Positions 9,648 through 19,448 of a stretch of DNA of 64,000 bases are shown here, piece after piece (within the stretch, counting starts at the first letter, position 1; the number at the start of each line of letters is the position of its first letter). The position numbers and the translations under genes are program-made. A model generated the notes under the pieces. The model ran no database searches. It was not told where the DNA came from and saw nothing but the letters and a program-made list of their open reading frames with translations. The stretch is from Bacteroidales bacterium. GTDB taxonomy: Bacteria > Bacteroidota > Bacteroidia > Bacteroidales > Bacteroidaceae. The stretch covers positions 253 to 64,252 of the forward strand of contig JAILCU010000117.1 in NCBI GenBank assembly GCA_024690405.1, given 5' to 3'.

Positions 9648-10484
9648 CTAATTGTCCGACAATTTAAGTCCGTCGGGTTCTATAATAATAAGGTGACGTT
9701 TGTAGAGGTCACCCACCGCCTTTTTAAACACTTTCTTACTGACACCAAAGACTGCATAAATCTCGTCGGCAGGACTCTTGTCACCGAGCGGCGTACGTCC
9801 CCCGTTGGTCTGCAGGTGATTTAACAAGGTCTCACTGAAATCCACGACGGCACGCTGGCCTTTCTTCTGCAGGGAAAGGTCGATTTTTCCATCGGGACGG
9901 ACCTGCTTGACATAAGCCGTCACGCGATCACCGCTATGCAAGGTGCGGAAGATTTCATCGTCGAAGAGCAAGCCGGCGAACCGGTTGTCCACAATAGCCT
10001 TGAAGCCGAGGTCGGTCTTCTGCCAAATCAGCAATTGCACCTCATCACCCCCGTGATAGGGAGGATAGTCGGTGGAAAGATAACGTTCAACTTTGGCAGA
10101 AGCCATAATCCGATAGGTAGCAGGATCCACATGAAGATGCACCAGATAATAGTGGTCCTTCTGCATCTTCATCTTTTGTTCGCGGAAGGGGACGAAGAGA
10201 TCTTTGGTGAGGCCCCAGTCGAGGAAAGCACCGAAGTTATTCACCCAAGCCACCTTCAACCATGCGAAATCCCCCACCTGCGCCAGCGGCGTCTCGGTGG
10301 TTGCCACGAGTCGTTCCTCAGCATCCAAGTACACAAAAACATCCATTTCATCGCCGATTTTCGTTTCTTCCGGCACATATTTCTTGGGGAGAAGAATGTC
10401 TTCGGGACCACCTGCAAGGTAAGCCCCATGTTCGGCGAAACGTACTACGGAGAGATGATTGATGCGTCCTAATTGAAGTTTCAT
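9648..10484 (-). CDS. S1-domain RNA-binding protein (CvfB/YitL family)
   Basis: The N-terminus is [18 protein letters not shown]. Repeated S1-like modules follow, and the C-terminus is winged-helix-like. The start overlaps the upstream stop (ATGA). Confidence 0.75.
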   Translation of the reverse strand: MKLQLGRINHLSVVRFAEHGAYLAGGPEDILLPKKYVPEETKIGDEMDVFVYLDAEERLVATTETPLAQVGDFAWLKVAWVNNFGAFLDWGLTKDLFVPFREQKMKMQKDHYYLVHLHVDPATYRIMASAKVERYLSTDYPPYHGGDEVQLLIWQKTDLGFKAIVDNRFAGLLFDDEIFRTLHSGDRVTAYVKQVRPDGKIDLSLQKKGQRAVVDFSETLLNHLQTNGGRTPLGDKSPADEIYAVFGVSKKVFKKAVGDLYKRHLIIIEPDGLKLSDN

Positions 10485-11245
10485 ATCACAGGGTCGGTTT
10501 CAATGGTGGTTCCGTTGTCGGTGTCGGCGGTGGCAGTTCCGGTGTCGGTGCCGGCGGTGGCAGTTCCGGTGTCGTTATCGGCGACACCGTTGACATTTTC
10601 AATGATGCCGTCGCGCAGATGAATGGTGCGGTCAGTGGTTGCTGCAAGTTGTTCGTCATGAGTGACAATAACAAATGTTTGCCCGAGTTCCTCACGAAGA
10701 CGGAAGAAAAGGGCATGCAGTTCGGCTTTGTTGGCAGAGTCAAGACTGCCGCTCGGTTCGTCGGCCAGGACGACATCAGGTTTGTTGACCAAGGCACGGG
10801 CCACAGCCACGCGTTGTTTCTCGCCTCCCGACAGTTGGGCCGGCTTGTGAGAGGCACGTTCGCTAAGTCCCATAAAGGCAAGCAACTCTTCTGCCCGCTT
10901 GCGTGCCTCGCTGCGACTGGTACCTGCGATGAGGGCCGGAATCATCACATTCTCGAGTGCCGTGAATTCAGGGAGCAACTGATGGAACTGAAAGACGAAA
11001 CCTATGTGCTGACCGCGGAAACGTGCAAGCGCCTTCGAGGAAAGACGACTGACATCGGTGCCACCGATAGAGACCGTGCCGCTATCAGCACTATCCAGCG
11101 TTCCCATAATCTGAAGTAATGTCGTCTTGCCGGCACCGCTGGGGCCAACAATACTGACAATCTCACCCTTGGCGATGTCAAGGTCAATACCTTTGAGCAC
11201 GCTCAGTGAGCCAAAGTTCTTGTGTATATTGCGAAGTTGAATCAT
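10481..11245 (-). CDS. ABC transporter ATP-binding protein (LolD/MacB-type) with a T/G/D-rich C-terminal tail
   Basis: It has Walker [10 protein letters not shown], signature LSGGEKQR and Walker [13 protein letters not shown]. The tail [22 protein letters not shown] is encoded by a 27-nt tandem repeat (10525-10574). Confidence 0.85.
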   Translation of the reverse strand: MIQLRNIHKNFGSLSVLKGIDLDIAKGEIVSIVGPSGAGKTTLLQIMGTLDSADSGTVSIGGTDVSRLSSKALARFRGQHIGFVFQFHQLLPEFTALENVMIPALIAGTSRSEARKRAEELLAFMGLSERASHKPAQLSGGEKQRVAVARALVNKPDVVLADEPSGSLDSANKAELHALFFRLREELGQTFVIVTHDEQLAATTDRTIHLRDGIIENVNGVADNDTGTATAGTDTGTATADTDNGTTIETDPVI

Positions 11246-11265
11246 TGTCTGTTAGATATAAACCC

Positions 11266-13362
11266 CTATTCCCGTATCTTACGCAACCATTCCTCAAAGA
11301 GCAGTTGACGTTGAGTGACACTCTGACCATTCGGAGCGAATACCGAGAGAGATTCCTGCGGGTCGCCATACTGGTCGGGATAGAGAAGGATTACATTGGC
11401 GTTATTGAAATGTCGGGCTAGGTAGGCAGGCACAGTATTGAGTGCGGGTGTATGTGAAATAAAACCGCTGCGAGACGTGATGACAGCCAACAAATAGTCG
11501 TTCCCGACCTCTGAAGGCAAGCGCGTAAGCAAATTGCCGAAGCCACGCTCCACCTGCATCTCCAAGGTGACCGATGGATGATGCTCAGTGACGTATTCTT
11601 TAATATAAAAGCCCGTGTCGCCGATGGTGTGGAAGCGCATAGGCTGGGCCGTGAGTTCACCGATACGGCACAGGTGTTCAAGCCATTTGTAGAAGCCCAC
11701 CTCATATTCAGCCATGGGCGGAACGGCCACAACGATATGCCGCATCGTACCTATCGGCATAAGCATACGTACGAGCAAGACCTCGCGGTGTGCCGTGGAA
11801 AGGACGCTCTGCGCAATCACCCCAAGCCGGCCTGCCAATTGTCCCTCTTCGTTTTCGTGTAAGCCCATGATGATTTCACCCGCATCCACCTCCTTCATCG
11901 TATGCGTAATGGCACTGGCTACGTTGGAACTGATGCGACTCATGGTAGACATGGTGACATCGGCCGCTGCTGCTATCTGCTTGGCCATCGCGAGATTGTG
12001 CTCACCTTGAGCCCGCACACTGTCGTCAGGGTCATCGTCCATAGACACCGCCAGCCCCATAATGCTATCGTGAATGCGCGGATTACGAATCATGATGGAG
12101 AGTTGCGTGAGCGCATCGACCGTCTGAGGATAAGCGTAAGCCGTAAGACATTTACCATGGTAACTACCTTTATTGCGCTCCAATTCGTTGGTGCGCAGCG
12201 CGATGGTGCGCGCCCCCTTTCCCGTGGCCAGAGAACTGATAATGCAAGAAAAAAGGATGAGGATAACCGTTGCGTTGAGCACATCGGTGTCCATCAATGC
12301 GATGTCAGGGTCGGTACCTATCATCACGATAGCAAGGGCACCGGCAGCATGCGAATTGGTGAGGCCGAACATGATGAGACGGTCGGCCCGCGAGAGCCGG
12401 TACATCCGCTGCATAGTCAATGCTCCCAGCCATTTTCCCAATGTAGCCACCACGAGAATGGCACCACAAAGCAGCAAGATATGGGTATCGCGCACCAGGA
12501 TGCCAATGTCGATAATCATACCTACGCCGACAAGGAACCAAGGCACGAACAACGCATTACCGACGAACTCGATACGCGTCATCAACGGTCCGCCGTGAGG
12601 GACCACGCGGTTCAGCACCAAGCCAGCAATGAAAGCGCCCAGGAGACCTTCCAACCCCACGGCCATAGCCAGACAAGCGCTGATAAAGACCATGACGAGG
12701 ATAAACACGTACTGCGTGACAGCATCTTCATTGCGTCGCAGGAACCAGCGTCCGACCTTCGGGAAGGCATACGCCACAAAAAACATATATAAGGTAATGC
12801 CCACAGTGAAACGCAGCCAATACCACAAATCGCCCCCTCCGCGCTCGTTCTGAACAACAATTGCCAACAATAACAACGCGGTAAACGAGGCCAAGGCCGT
12901 AGCCACAATGGAGTAAACCACACTCGGGTGCTTACTTAAGCCGTAACGGCCTACTATCGGATAAGTGACCAAGGTGTGAGAAGCCAGGATACAACTCAGC
13001 ATCAGCGAGGTAGCCCAACTGAAATGCAGCAGATAGTAAGCCGCAAACAAGCCTATCAGTGCCGGTATCAGAAAAGTAAGTACCCCGAAGACGATTCCTC
13101 CCCGGCCATGACGGCGGAAACTACCCATATCCATTTCCAACCCGGCCAGAAACATAATATAATAGATACCCACCTGACCAAAGAGTTCGAACGAAGCATC
13201 ACGCTCCAGCAGGTTGAACCCATGCTCACCCAAAAGCACACCGGCCAGGATGAGGCCGATGATATGCGGAATATGCAGACGCCGGAAGATAACAGGCGCC
13301 AGCAACAGCACAAGGAGCATGACGAGGAAAATCCACGTCGGGTCGGTAATGATAGGTGTCAT
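11266..13362 (-). CDS. cation:proton antiporter (CPA family) with a large cytoplasmic C-terminal domain
   Basis: The 698-aa protein has an N-terminal region of about 400 aa with many TM helices (IIGLILAGVLLGEHGFNLL is typical of Kef/NapA-type CPA). The C-terminal half is soluble. Confidence 0.8.
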   Translation of the reverse strand: MTPIITDPTWIFLVMLLVLLLAPVIFRRLHIPHIIGLILAGVLLGEHGFNLLERDASFELFGQVGIYYIMFLAGLEMDMGSFRRHGRGGIVFGVLTFLIPALIGLFAAYYLLHFSWATSLMLSCILASHTLVTYPIVGRYGLSKHPSVVYSIVATALASFTALLLLAIVVQNERGGGDLWYWLRFTVGITLYMFFVAYAFPKVGRWFLRRNEDAVTQYVFILVMVFISACLAMAVGLEGLLGAFIAGLVLNRVVPHGGPLMTRIEFVGNALFVPWFLVGVGMIIDIGILVRDTHILLLCGAILVVATLGKWLGALTMQRMYRLSRADRLIMFGLTNSHAAGALAIVMIGTDPDIALMDTDVLNATVILILFSCIISSLATGKGARTIALRTNELERNKGSYHGKCLTAYAYPQTVDALTQLSIMIRNPRIHDSIMGLAVSMDDDPDDSVRAQGEHNLAMAKQIAAAADVTMSTMSRISSNVASAITHTMKEVDAGEIIMGLHENEEGQLAGRLGVIAQSVLSTAHREVLLVRMLMPIGTMRHIVVAVPPMAEYEVGFYKWLEHLCRIGELTAQPMRFHTIGDTGFYIKEYVTEHHPSVTLEMQVERGFGNLLTRLPSEVGNDYLLAVITSRSGFISHTPALNTVPAYLARHFNNANVILLYPDQYGDPQESLSVFAPNGQSVTQRQLLFEEWLRKIRE

Positions 13363-13461
13363 TTCGGGTACAAAGGTAGGAAAAAGTTTCTTTTGATGTA
13401 CCGGAAAGAGATAAGTTTTTGAAAAACGTCTTCATTTTGAGGAATCCGCCACCTCATTGAA

Positions 13462-13938
13462 TCAAGATTCCAAGACGAAGGCAACGGCCCTCACGGCCTC
13501 GTCGGCGGAGAAACCCCGACCAGCGGCAAAGCGAAGCAGTTTGGCGCGCCGCATACGTTCGTCCTCGTCATGCAGCGTCCCCGCCTTCTGTGCGAGCACG
13601 CCGTGCAGCACCTGCCGGTATTCCTCCCCGTTGAGGTCCTGCAGCGCCTGACGGATATCCTCGTGTGGCAAGCCCTTCAGGTGCAAAGCCTGTCCGATTT
13701 TCACTCTTCCCCAATGCTCGAAACGCAACTTGTCGTGCGCAAAGGCCCGACAGTAGCGTTCTGTATTCAGATAGCCTTCCGCATAGAGGCGACTGATAAC
13801 ACGTTCGGTATCATCAACAGACAGAGCGGCCTTCTGCAGCTTCAGCCGGATTTCACTTTCACAGTGTTCGCTTACGCTGCAGAGGGCCGCCATGCGGGAT
13901 AAGGCTTGTTCGTAGTCCAAAACGTGCATAGAAATCAA
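13462..13938 (-). CDS. recX: recombination regulator RecX
   Basis: The 158-aa protein is a helical repeat protein. RLYAEGYLNTERYCRAFAHDKLRFEHWGRVKIGQAL is a typical RecX repeat. Confidence 0.75.
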   Translation of the reverse strand: MISMHVLDYEQALSRMAALCSVSEHCESEIRLKLQKAALSVDDTERVISRLYAEGYLNTERYCRAFAHDKLRFEHWGRVKIGQALHLKGLPHEDIRQALQDLNGEEYRQVLHGVLAQKAGTLHDEDERMRRAKLLRFAAGRGFSADEAVRAVAFVLES

Positions 13939-13991
13939 ACCGCGAACAGATCAGCGGTCATGAAAGGCGTCATTCTCTGGCGCGTCACTTT

Positions 13992-14153
13992 TTACTCTTC
14001 AGCCGAGAAATCCTCTTTACCTACGCCGCAGATGGGGCACACCCAATCATCGGGCAGGTCCTCGAAAGCGGTGCCGGGTTCAATGCCATTGTCGGGATCA
14101 CCGAGAGCGGGATCGTAAACATAACCGCAAGGGTCGCAAACATACTTCTTCAT
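13992..14153 (-). CDS. rubredoxin
   Basis: [15 protein letters not shown]...DDWVCPICG has two CxxCG knuckles. The start is set at the internal ATG. Confidence 0.9.
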   Translation of the reverse strand: MKKYVCDPCGYVYDPALGDPDNGIEPGTAFEDLPDDWVCPICGVGKEDFSAEE

Positions 14154-14325
14154 AGTCTCTTGTGTTTTTAGGGGTAAGTAACTCAATAATTAGTGGTCAG
14201 ACAGGAAGCATCAATACACTATTCCCTGCCTTTCGGGCACAAAAGTAGTGTTTTTCTGCGAAACACACACACTTCCCACCCATTTTTCATTATTTTTATT
14301 CTTTTTTGGGGACAGCCCCATCTCA

Positions 14326-16815
14326 TCAAGGCGCCACGTTCCTCAGTTTCAGCTTCGCGGTCTTGAGGCCTGGAGCCGTAGCGGTGAGGACAACCTCTGA
14401 AGGTTGACAAGTGGCACGAAGGATAGCGAGGCACTGACCTTCGTAGAGCCGGCGGTGATCAACCTGTGTGAGTTCATCGCTATAGTGATCACCACTGCTG
14501 ACTGCAGCGAGGGTGGCACCGGTGACAGAGAATTGGACATCGTCGTTCGCAGCGGGGACGCGACGGCCTTTGCGATCGACGGCCTCCACACGAACATGCT
14601 GCAAATCGATACCATCAGCACGCCATGTCTGCTGGTCTGGTACAAGTCGCAGCGCCACAGCCTTGCCGGCTGTTTCAACACGATGACGGGCAACAACCTT
14701 ACCGCCAGTACGTGCCACAGCCTCAATATAACCAGGCTCATACGTGAATTTATCCCAACGAATCTGGTTGCGAGCCTTGGCATTGGCACGGTCGTTGCGT
14801 TTGGTGCCGAGACTACGGCCATTCAAGATAAGTTCCACTTCGTCGGCGTTGGTATAGACGGTGAGGTTCAGTTCCTCGCCGGCCGTGCGCGTCCAATGGT
14901 CGGTGAGGCGACGTATGCGCTGGCGCACGCCATTCCATTCGATGTCCTGACTTTGCTCCTGAAAACAAAGATGTACGACGGGTTCGTCGGAGAAGATGCT
15001 CTTGGCCAGATAGGCATTGGGCTTGGTGGTGAGGTCGATATAGAAGACCCCTTGCGCCCAACCCTTGGCCGGCCATCCCTGACTTTCACCAAGATAGTCA
15101 ATAGCGCCCCAATAGGCAAGACCTATGACCTTGTCGAGATCCATTTCAAAGTAGTTGGGTCCCATGGCTGCCGTGGTGGCTTCGCTCTGATAGAACATCA
15201 TCCAAGGGAACTTTCGGCCGTCGCCGGGGAAATACATATAGCGGTAGTTGTAAGCCGCAATATCCGTTTCCATCACGAGCGGTGCGGGCAGCGAATCCGT
15301 CTCCTGGGAACGTCCGCGAGGATGCATCGCCACGGTGAGGAGGCGCGAATCATCGTAGCGCCGCAGCAGCGGTTTCATCATGCGGTACGGCGTGACGCCC
15401 CAATCGGCATAGGGGATGTTCCAATAAGTCTGCAACTCATTGCCCAGGCTCCAGAAGACGATGCTGGGATGGTTGCGGTCACGCGTAATCCACTCCGGGA
15501 TATCGTGCTGCCAAAGTTCCGTCCATGGTGTACGTCCGCCACAATATTGCGTGAGCCATTTATCATACAGTTCATCCACGACGAGAATACCGAGGGAGTC
15601 GCAGAGGTCGAGCAGGCTCTCGGAATAGGGATTGTGGCTGGTGCGGATATGGTTGAAGCCGAAGTCCTTGAGAAGGCGCAAGCGTTTCTCGATGGCACGG
15701 GGATAAGCCGCTGCACCAAGGGCGCCGAGGGTGTGGTGATTGGCTATACCTTTAAGTATCACCTTGCGTCCGTTCAGTTTCAAGCCGAAAGCAGGAGAGA
15801 ATTCCAACCTGCGAACGCCAAAGCGCGAACGGACACAGTCGGCCACAGCGCCGTCGGCATGACGCACCGTCACTTCTGCCGTGTAAAGATAAGGATCATC
15901 GACATCCCACAGGTGAGCATCGGGCAAAGAGATGGCGGGCAACTCATATTCACGCGTCTTCTGGTTGCCGCGGAAAGGAGCCTCGGTGGTCTGCTCCGCC
16001 ACGCAACGGCCCTCGCGGTCAAGGATGCGTGTAGTGATCGAAAGGTTGCGTAATCCGCGCTCAGAACAAGCAATCTCAGCGGCAAGACGGACGAGTGGCG
16101 CCGCGGCAGCATCATCGGGGAAGGCTGTAGTGATACGGAGCGGATGGCGGGTGAAGAAGAGAGCAGGGTCGGTGACAACGATATGAACATCACGATACAG
16201 ACCTGCGCCAGTGTACCAACGACTATTGTTGGCTGCACGCGAGTCGGCACGCACAGCCAGCACGTTGGGTTCACCCCAGCGAAGGAGTTTGGAGATATCA
16301 GCCTCGAAGCCCAAGTATCCGTAGTCCGTTTTGCCGATGAAATGGCCGTTTAAATAAGCATCACCGACATAAAGGATGCCTTCAAAGTCCACGAGGACCC
16401 GCTTTCCGCGCCAGGCCTCATCAGGTGTGAAAGTCTTGCGATACCAACCAATGCCCATCTCTTTGAAACCGCGCGGAGACAAGAGACTCTTGATATTAGC
16501 CCCGGGGTCGCTGGTATCGGGGCGCTCATCCTGACCGGGCGTCACCCACGGCTGCTCGATCTGGTAGTCGTGAGGGAGGTCAACGGCACGCCAACCGCCA
16601 TCGTCGAAGGATACGGCCTCAGCCCCCTGGAGGTCGCCGGCATGGAATTTCCAGCCGAAGTTGAAGAGGACAGACTGACGAGGAGAGGCATCGGCGGACG
16701 CCGCAAGATTAAGAGACGCTTGCGATGCCTGAAGGGACATGTCGGAAGCGAATAGGTAGCCCGACGAGAGAGAGAGGAGCAGGGCCCCTGCGAAAAGTTT
16801 CATTTTCATGAGCAT
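14326..16815 (-). CDS. glycoside hydrolase family 2 (beta-galactosidase-like), secreted
   Basis: It has a signal peptide and the GH2 sugar-binding region (WRAVDLPHDYQIE), followed by a TIM barrel with NHIRTSHNPYS and WSLGNE (the acid/base Glu motif). Confidence 0.85.
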   Translation of the reverse strand: MLMKMKLFAGALLLSLSSGYLFASDMSLQASQASLNLAASADASPRQSVLFNFGWKFHAGDLQGAEAVSFDDGGWRAVDLPHDYQIEQPWVTPGQDERPDTSDPGANIKSLLSPRGFKEMGIGWYRKTFTPDEAWRGKRVLVDFEGILYVGDAYLNGHFIGKTDYGYLGFEADISKLLRWGEPNVLAVRADSRAANNSRWYTGAGLYRDVHIVVTDPALFFTRHPLRITTAFPDDAAAAPLVRLAAEIACSERGLRNLSITTRILDREGRCVAEQTTEAPFRGNQKTREYELPAISLPDAHLWDVDDPYLYTAEVTVRHADGAVADCVRSRFGVRRLEFSPAFGLKLNGRKVILKGIANHHTLGALGAAAYPRAIEKRLRLLKDFGFNHIRTSHNPYSESLLDLCDSLGILVVDELYDKWLTQYCGGRTPWTELWQHDIPEWITRDRNHPSIVFWSLGNELQTYWNIPYADWGVTPYRMMKPLLRRYDDSRLLTVAMHPRGRSQETDSLPAPLVMETDIAAYNYRYMYFPGDGRKFPWMMFYQSEATTAAMGPNYFEMDLDKVIGLAYWGAIDYLGESQGWPAKGWAQGVFYIDLTTKPNAYLAKSIFSDEPVVHLCFQEQSQDIEWNGVRQRIRRLTDHWTRTAGEELNLTVYTNADEVELILNGRSLGTKRNDRANAKARNQIRWDKFTYEPGYIEAVARTGGKVVARHRVETAGKAVALRLVPDQQTWRADGIDLQHVRVEAVDRKGRRVPAANDDVQFSVTGATLAAVSSGDHYSDELTQVDHRRLYEGQCLAILRATCQPSEVVLTATAPGLKTAKLKLRNVAP

Positions 16816-16853
16816 AAGAGCAGTATTTGGAATGGTTTGACGACTTTCCGCGA

Positions 16854-16861
16854 CAAAAATA
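16854..16861 (-). promoter_or_regulatory. candidate -7 element (TAttTTTG on the minus strand) for the GH2 gene
   Basis: The plus strand reads caaaaata, whose reverse complement is TATTTTTG. It lies about 40 nt upstream of the GH2 start. Confidence 0.4.
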
Positions 16862-17088
16862 ATGATTTTTTACGTATCCATAATAAAAAAGGGGAAAGAA
16901 ATTCACGTCCCTGCGAGTTCGGGGGCAGCAGTCCGATGGTTTGCGGCGGCAAAAATGATTCATCTGCGAAACTTTTCATCCGCCATACAATACGCTCAAA
17001 AATCCGATTAGCAGCCCCAACAGAGACTTAATCCATGAGAAAAATGACAAATTTGTTCTTTTTTTTGTAGTATTTGAAAAGAAATGTA

Positions 17089-17096
17089 TATCTTTG
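17089..17096 (+). promoter_or_regulatory. candidate -7 element TAtcTTTG, likely the promoter of the polyene island
   Basis: TATCTTTG lies 20 nt upstream of ATG 17116, and TTTG at 17064-17067 is at plausible -33 spacing. It sits inside the 5' extension of ORF 17074, which argues for the downstream start. Confidence 0.5.
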
Positions 17097-17115
17097 CGCT
17101 CGCATATTATGTAAT

Positions 17116-18648
17116 ATGATTATGACAACAACAAAAATTGATTACGAACAGATAGTAGAAAGCCTTTTTGAAGGCGCCCCACTTACTGTTGACGCAAAAG
17201 CAAAGGCAGAAGTGGAGCGCTGCTATCACTTCCTAGAGGCATTCTCCAAAGAGAAAGTGATCTATGGCATCAACACAGGTTTCGGTCCGATGGCACAATG
17301 GCGTGTCGACGACCAATACCTTAAAGATTTACAGTATAACATTATTCGCAGCCATTCCACCGGCGCCGGCGAACCCCTACCCGACCTCTACGTCAAAGCC
17401 GCGATGATAGCCCGCCTGGGGTCGTTGCTACAAGGGCGCAGTGGCATCCACACCGAAGTCGTGGACCTGCTCACAGAATTTATCAACCGCGGCATCTATC
17501 CCCTCATTCCCGAGCATGGCAGCGTAGGTGCCAGCGGCGACCTGGTGCAATTGGCACACATCGCACTGACGCTCATCGGCGAAGGTGAAGTGCACTACCA
17601 CGACGAATGGCGTCCGGCAGGCGACGTCTTGCGCGAATGCGGACTGAAGCCCATCAGCATCCATATCCGCGAAGGACTCTCCATCACCAACGGCACCAGC
17701 GTGATGACCGGCATCGGTCTAGTGAACCAAGTATTGGCAGAGAGACTGCTGGACTGGAGTATCGTAGCCGCAGTGTGGATGAACGAGATTGCCGAAAGTT
17801 ACGACGACATGATGGCGGTCCCCCTCAACGAATGCCGTCGCCACGAAGGACAGCAAGTGGTGGCCGAGCGGATGCGAAAGATAGCTGAAGGCGGCAGTCT
17901 GATGAAGAAACGCGAACACGAACTCTACGACCCCACGAAGAACACGGAACGCGTGTTCAAGCACAAAGTGCAAGCCTACTACTCCTTGCGCTGCACGCCC
18001 CAGATATTAGGTCCCATCTATGACACTCTGAAGGCTTCGCGCCAGATTCTCGAAGACGAAGTGAACTCAGCCAGCGACAATCCCATCGTTGACCCCGACA
18101 CCCAGAACGTGTACCATGGCGGCAATTTCCACGGCGACTACATCTCGCTGGAACAGGATAAGGTGAAGATTGCCATCGTTCGCCTGGCCATGACCAGCGA
18201 ACGCCAACTGAACTACCTCTTCCACGACCGCATCAACGATGCCATTCTCCCGCCGTTCCTCAACCTGGGCACGCTGGGGCTCAACTATGGTATGCAGGCC
18301 TGCCAGTTCACAGCCACTTCGACGACGGCAGAATGCCAAACCCTGGCCATGCCAAACTACGTGCACAGCATCCCCAACAACAACGACAACCAAGACATCG
18401 TTTCGATGGGTACCAACACCGCACTGCTCACCAAGAAAGTTATCGAGAACGCCTATCAAGTGATGGCCGTGCAGTTCATTGCCCTGACACAGGCCACAGA
18501 TTGCCGCAAGGTCGCTGACCGTCTTTCGCCTACGACCCGAACAATATATGAACACGTGCGACAACTCGTTCCTCTGTTCATCGAAGATACACCTTTCTAT
18601 AAAGAAATCGCCTCCGTAGAAGCCTATCTGAAGGACGGCAAATACTAA
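17116..18648 (+). CDS. MIO-dependent aromatic amino acid ammonia-lyase (HAL/TAL/PAL family)
   Basis: The MIO-forming triad Ala-Ser-Gly sits in GSVGASGDLVQLAH (17530-17538). It also has GINTGFGP, NIIRSHSTGAG and the QDIVSMG region. Confidence 0.85.
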   Translation: MIMTTTKIDYEQIVESLFEGAPLTVDAKAKAEVERCYHFLEAFSKEKVIYGINTGFGPMAQWRVDDQYLKDLQYNIIRSHSTGAGEPLPDLYVKAAMIARLGSLLQGRSGIHTEVVDLLTEFINRGIYPLIPEHGSVGASGDLVQLAHIALTLIGEGEVHYHDEWRPAGDVLRECGLKPISIHIREGLSITNGTSVMTGIGLVNQVLAERLLDWSIVAAVWMNEIAESYDDMMAVPLNECRRHEGQQVVAERMRKIAEGGSLMKKREHELYDPTKNTERVFKHKVQAYYSLRCTPQILGPIYDTLKASRQILEDEVNSASDNPIVDPDTQNVYHGGNFHGDYISLEQDKVKIAIVRLAMTSERQLNYLFHDRINDAILPPFLNLGTLGLNYGMQACQFTATSTTAECQTLAMPNYVHSIPNNNDNQDIVSMGTNTALLTKKVIENAYQVMAVQFIALTQATDCRKVADRLSPTTRTIYEHVRQLVPLFIEDTPFYKEIASVEAYLKDGKY

Positions 18649-18668
18649 CCCAACACTGCATCTTCACA

Positions 18669-19403
18669 ATGACAAAATACGCTTTAGTCACAGGCGGTTC
18701 ACGCGGACTCGGTCGTGCCGTATGCCTGAAGTTGGCTCAGATGGGGATTCCCGTCATCATCAACTACCAGTCCAACGCCACCGCTGCCGAGGAAGTCAAG
18801 ACTCAGATAGAAGCCACGGGGGGCATCGCAGAACTGCTGCCCTTCAACGTTGGCGACGAAACACAGGTGGAAGCCGCCCTCACCACGTGGCAGGACGCGC
18901 ACCCCGAAGATTATATCGCTTATCTGGTGAACAATGCCGGCATCCGCCGCGACAACCTGATGTTCATGATGCCCAGCGAAGACTGGCACGCCGTGCTCTC
19001 GACTTCGCTTGATGGTTTCTACTACGTCACCAAACGCTGCCTGCCAAAGATGATGATGCGACGCCACGGTGGGCGCATTGTCAATATGGCCTCGCTCAGC
19101 GGCATCAAAGGTCTGCCTGGCCAAGCCAACTACAGTGCAGCCAAGGCGGCCCTCATCGGTGCCACCAAGGCGCTGGCACAGGAATGTGCAGCCCGTGGCG
19201 TCACGGTCAACGCCGTAGCCCCCGGCTTCATTGAAACCGACATGACCAAAGACCTGGATGTGGACGAACTGAAGAAACTCGTACCCATGAACCGCTTCGG
19301 ACGTCCCGAAGAAGTGGCAGAATTGGTGGGGTTCCTCGTTTCCGACGCTGCCGCATATATCACCGGTGAAGTCGTCAGCATCAATGGCGGGCTGTACACC
19401 TAA
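18669..19403 (+). CDS. 3-oxoacyl-ACP reductase (SDR, FabG-like)
   Basis: It has TGGSRGLGRA (TGxxxGxG), NNAG and the catalytic YSAAK. Confidence 0.85.
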   Translation: MTKYALVTGGSRGLGRAVCLKLAQMGIPVIINYQSNATAAEEVKTQIEATGGIAELLPFNVGDETQVEAALTTWQDAHPEDYIAYLVNNAGIRRDNLMFMMPSEDWHAVLSTSLDGFYYVTKRCLPKMMMRRHGGRIVNMASLSGIKGLPGQANYSAAKAALIGATKALAQECAARGVTVNAVAPGFIETDMTKDLDVDELKKLVPMNRFGRPEEVAELVGFLVSDAAAYITGEVVSINGGLYT

Positions 19404-19448
19404 ACACAAAATAATGTAGAATATAACAACGAAAGCAAATAAACCAAC

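Noticed and set aside
17074-17115. Upstream start for the ammonia-lyase (MKRNVYLCARILCN...)
   Set aside because: A TAtcTTTG promoter motif (17089-17096) lies inside this extension, so transcription probably starts downstream of 17074. I prefer ATG 17116.
17116-18648. Reading the ammonia-lyase as the histidine-utilisation gene hutH
   Set aside because: No hutU, hutI or glutamate formiminotransferase genes are nearby, and the gene heads a tightly packed PKS/FAS-like operon. The HAL-like Ser-His motif means this cannot be fully excluded, and I keep it as a finding.
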